Below, in pieces: positions 20,651-22,607 of a stretch of DNA of 22,607 bases; positions within the stretch are counted from its first letter, which is position 1; each line of letters begins with the position of its first letter. A program made the translations under genes and the position numbers. Under the pieces are notes generated by a model, which had not been told where the DNA came from, did not search any database, and saw only the letters and a list, made by a program, of their open reading frames with translations. Source of the stretch: Octopus sinensis (Eukaryota); assembly GCF_006345805.1 (NCBI RefSeq), contig NW_021836779.1, positions 1-22,607 of the forward strand, written 5' to 3'.

Positions 20651-20971
20651 TGAATGAGAGAGCAGTTCATGCCATCAAAGTGACACTGGGGTAAAATATA
20701 CGAAGCCCAATATACCATCATGACTACCCGTCTGATAAGGGTACACTAGGCACATTCTCAAAACCATATGTGGCGCGACATGGTGATCTCATATCAAGAT
20801 AAACAGCACATGAACTTGCAGGTGGGGCCAGTTAGAAATTTTCTTCAGGTTGAGTAGCCCATCCCGCTCCAAAAGGTCCCTGAATAAGGTTTTTTAAGGA
20901 TGTTGAAAGAACCACTCATGTTTCCAGAGGTGAATTATTCAAACCCCAAAGAATCCCTCTCAACACATGGC

Positions 20972-20972
<1 letters not shown>
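20651..20972 (-). mobile_element. Interspersed repeat with (TAA)n tail, copy 1 (probable LINE 3' region or its non-autonomous derivative)
   Basis: Colinear with 21057-21362; abuts (ATT)n on both sides; no recognisable ORF. Confidence 0.6.
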
Positions 20973-21048
<76 letters not shown>

Positions 21049-21056
21049 GATATTAT

Positions 21057-21533
21057 TGAGTGAGGGAGCAGTGCAGCCATCAAAGTGACGCTAGGGTACA
21101 ATTATACGAAGCCCAATATTACCCGTCTGACAAGGGTACACAAGGCACATGCATCTCAACCATATGTGCATGATATGGTGATCTTATATCAAGGTTAACA
21201 GCGTATAATCTTGCATGTGGGGCCTAGTTAAAATTTTCTTCTAGTCGAGTAACCCATCACACTCAAAAGGTCCCCGAATAAGGGTTGCTTAAGGATGTTG
21301 AACGAAACACCCATGTTTCCAGAGGTGAATTATTGAAACCCCAATTCCTTTCAACACATGGCTATGATGCTCCCCCACTACTTCTGCTCGTGATCAGACA
21401 CGCAAATATCATCAGCCACTGAGGGACATGCTAAACTGGTTAAGGCCAAACAAATGACAAGCAAATCTGTGGTATTCAGCAGAATATTTGATGTAGCTTA
21501 TACATTTTATCAAGACAAAACAATGTACATGAT
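21057..21533 (-). mobile_element. Interspersed repeat with (TAA)n tail, copy 2
   Basis: Direct similarity to copy 1 over 21057-21362 and to 17296-17331. The extension to about 21533 rests on my recollection of this repeat and is less certain. Confidence 0.55.
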
Positions 21534-22169
21534 ATTACGATTCTCTGAACGCCATTATGTCGGCTTCATTAAGAAAGAAATTTGTTATAGTGTGGTATAT
21601 TATCTCAAGCATATCACCATAACAATTTATTTATAAAACGACTCCTCCGCAACTCCTTTTATCTCACTGCCACTCTCTCCCTACCTCTGTTTCTCTCCTT
21701 ATTCTCTCAGGATCTATGGCATATTATATTATCGTATCATATTATATTGTATAATGTAAGTGAAAGTAATGCTTTGACAATTCTCTATTTTACGTTTTAC
21801 TTATCTAAAATATTTACTACTTTTGAAATAATGACCAAGCCTACACACGAACAATATACAAACATACATATATACATATATAAAAACTACATACATACAC
21901 ATAGTATAAGTAATATATGTATGTATCTATGTATGTACTACTAATTATAGAAATACCTGCAGACATACATACGTAGACTATCGAGACAAACTTTGTCGAT
22001 GATGGATTATAGTTGGACAGATTAGCAACATTTAGTTTTGGTTTAGTCTCCCGTACAATGATCATTACTAAGAGAGGTCATACATCAATGTGACATTTGA
22101 CTTTATGTCTCTGGGTTATTGTATTTATGTCTCCCATTCCTTCTCTTTTTCCCCTCACCCTGTCTTTCT

Positions 22170-22230
22170 ATGCACGCACACACACACATACGCCCGCCTG
22201 CGCTCACACACACATATATACATGTGTATG

Positions 22231-22270
<40 letters not shown>

Positions 22271-22375
22271 GTGTGGTGTGTGTGTGTTGCTGTGTGTATG
22301 TATGCATGTGTGAATATCCATGCATACACGTACACACATGCGTGCATATATATATATATATATATATATAATCCT
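22170..22375. repeat. CA/TA/TG compound microsatellite
   Basis: Direct inspection. Confidence 0.85.
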
Positions 22376-22607
22376 ATATAACCCAAAAGTTAGTGGTTGT
22401 GGGTCCAACCCACTGAGGGATAATATATAATATATATAATATATATAATAAAAAAATAAGCAACAAAATGAATCCGGTAATTTAGTACAATTGTTTCACA
22501 CTACAACATTTTATAAAAGCTGTAATATTACAGCAGATTTAAGATGCTGAGTATCTTCAGCTAATTTTGTATAGGTTTTCCAAATCTAATAATATTTTCA
22601 AATCAAT

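Overview
AT-rich, microsatellite-saturated eukaryotic DNA, intergenic or intronic. The SINE families and repeat landscape match what I recall of Octopus genomes; this is inference, not a database hit. No intact protein-coding gene, rRNA, tRNA or CRISPR array is supportable, and nearly all ORFs in the track are microsatellite translations. The window holds about 15 tRNA-derived SINE copies from four families (here A-D), two fragments of restriction-like-endonuclease (R4/Dong-type) LINEs, an RTE LINE 3' end, a Tc1/mariner MITE, two copies of a TIR MITE carrying TTAGGG/G4 tracts, and a Helitron 3' end followed by a 114-bp tandem repeat. The most interesting signal is invisible in the ORF track: four minimal type I hammerhead ribozyme motifs of the kind associated with Penelope-like elements. 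Two lie back-to-back in a spacer-less ~345-bp palindrome (19360-19705). Two more (1898-1939, 2121-2155, minus strand) replace the core C3-G8 pair with U3-A8 and A3-U8. Each family has its own palindromic stem III. Ribozyme activity is untested.
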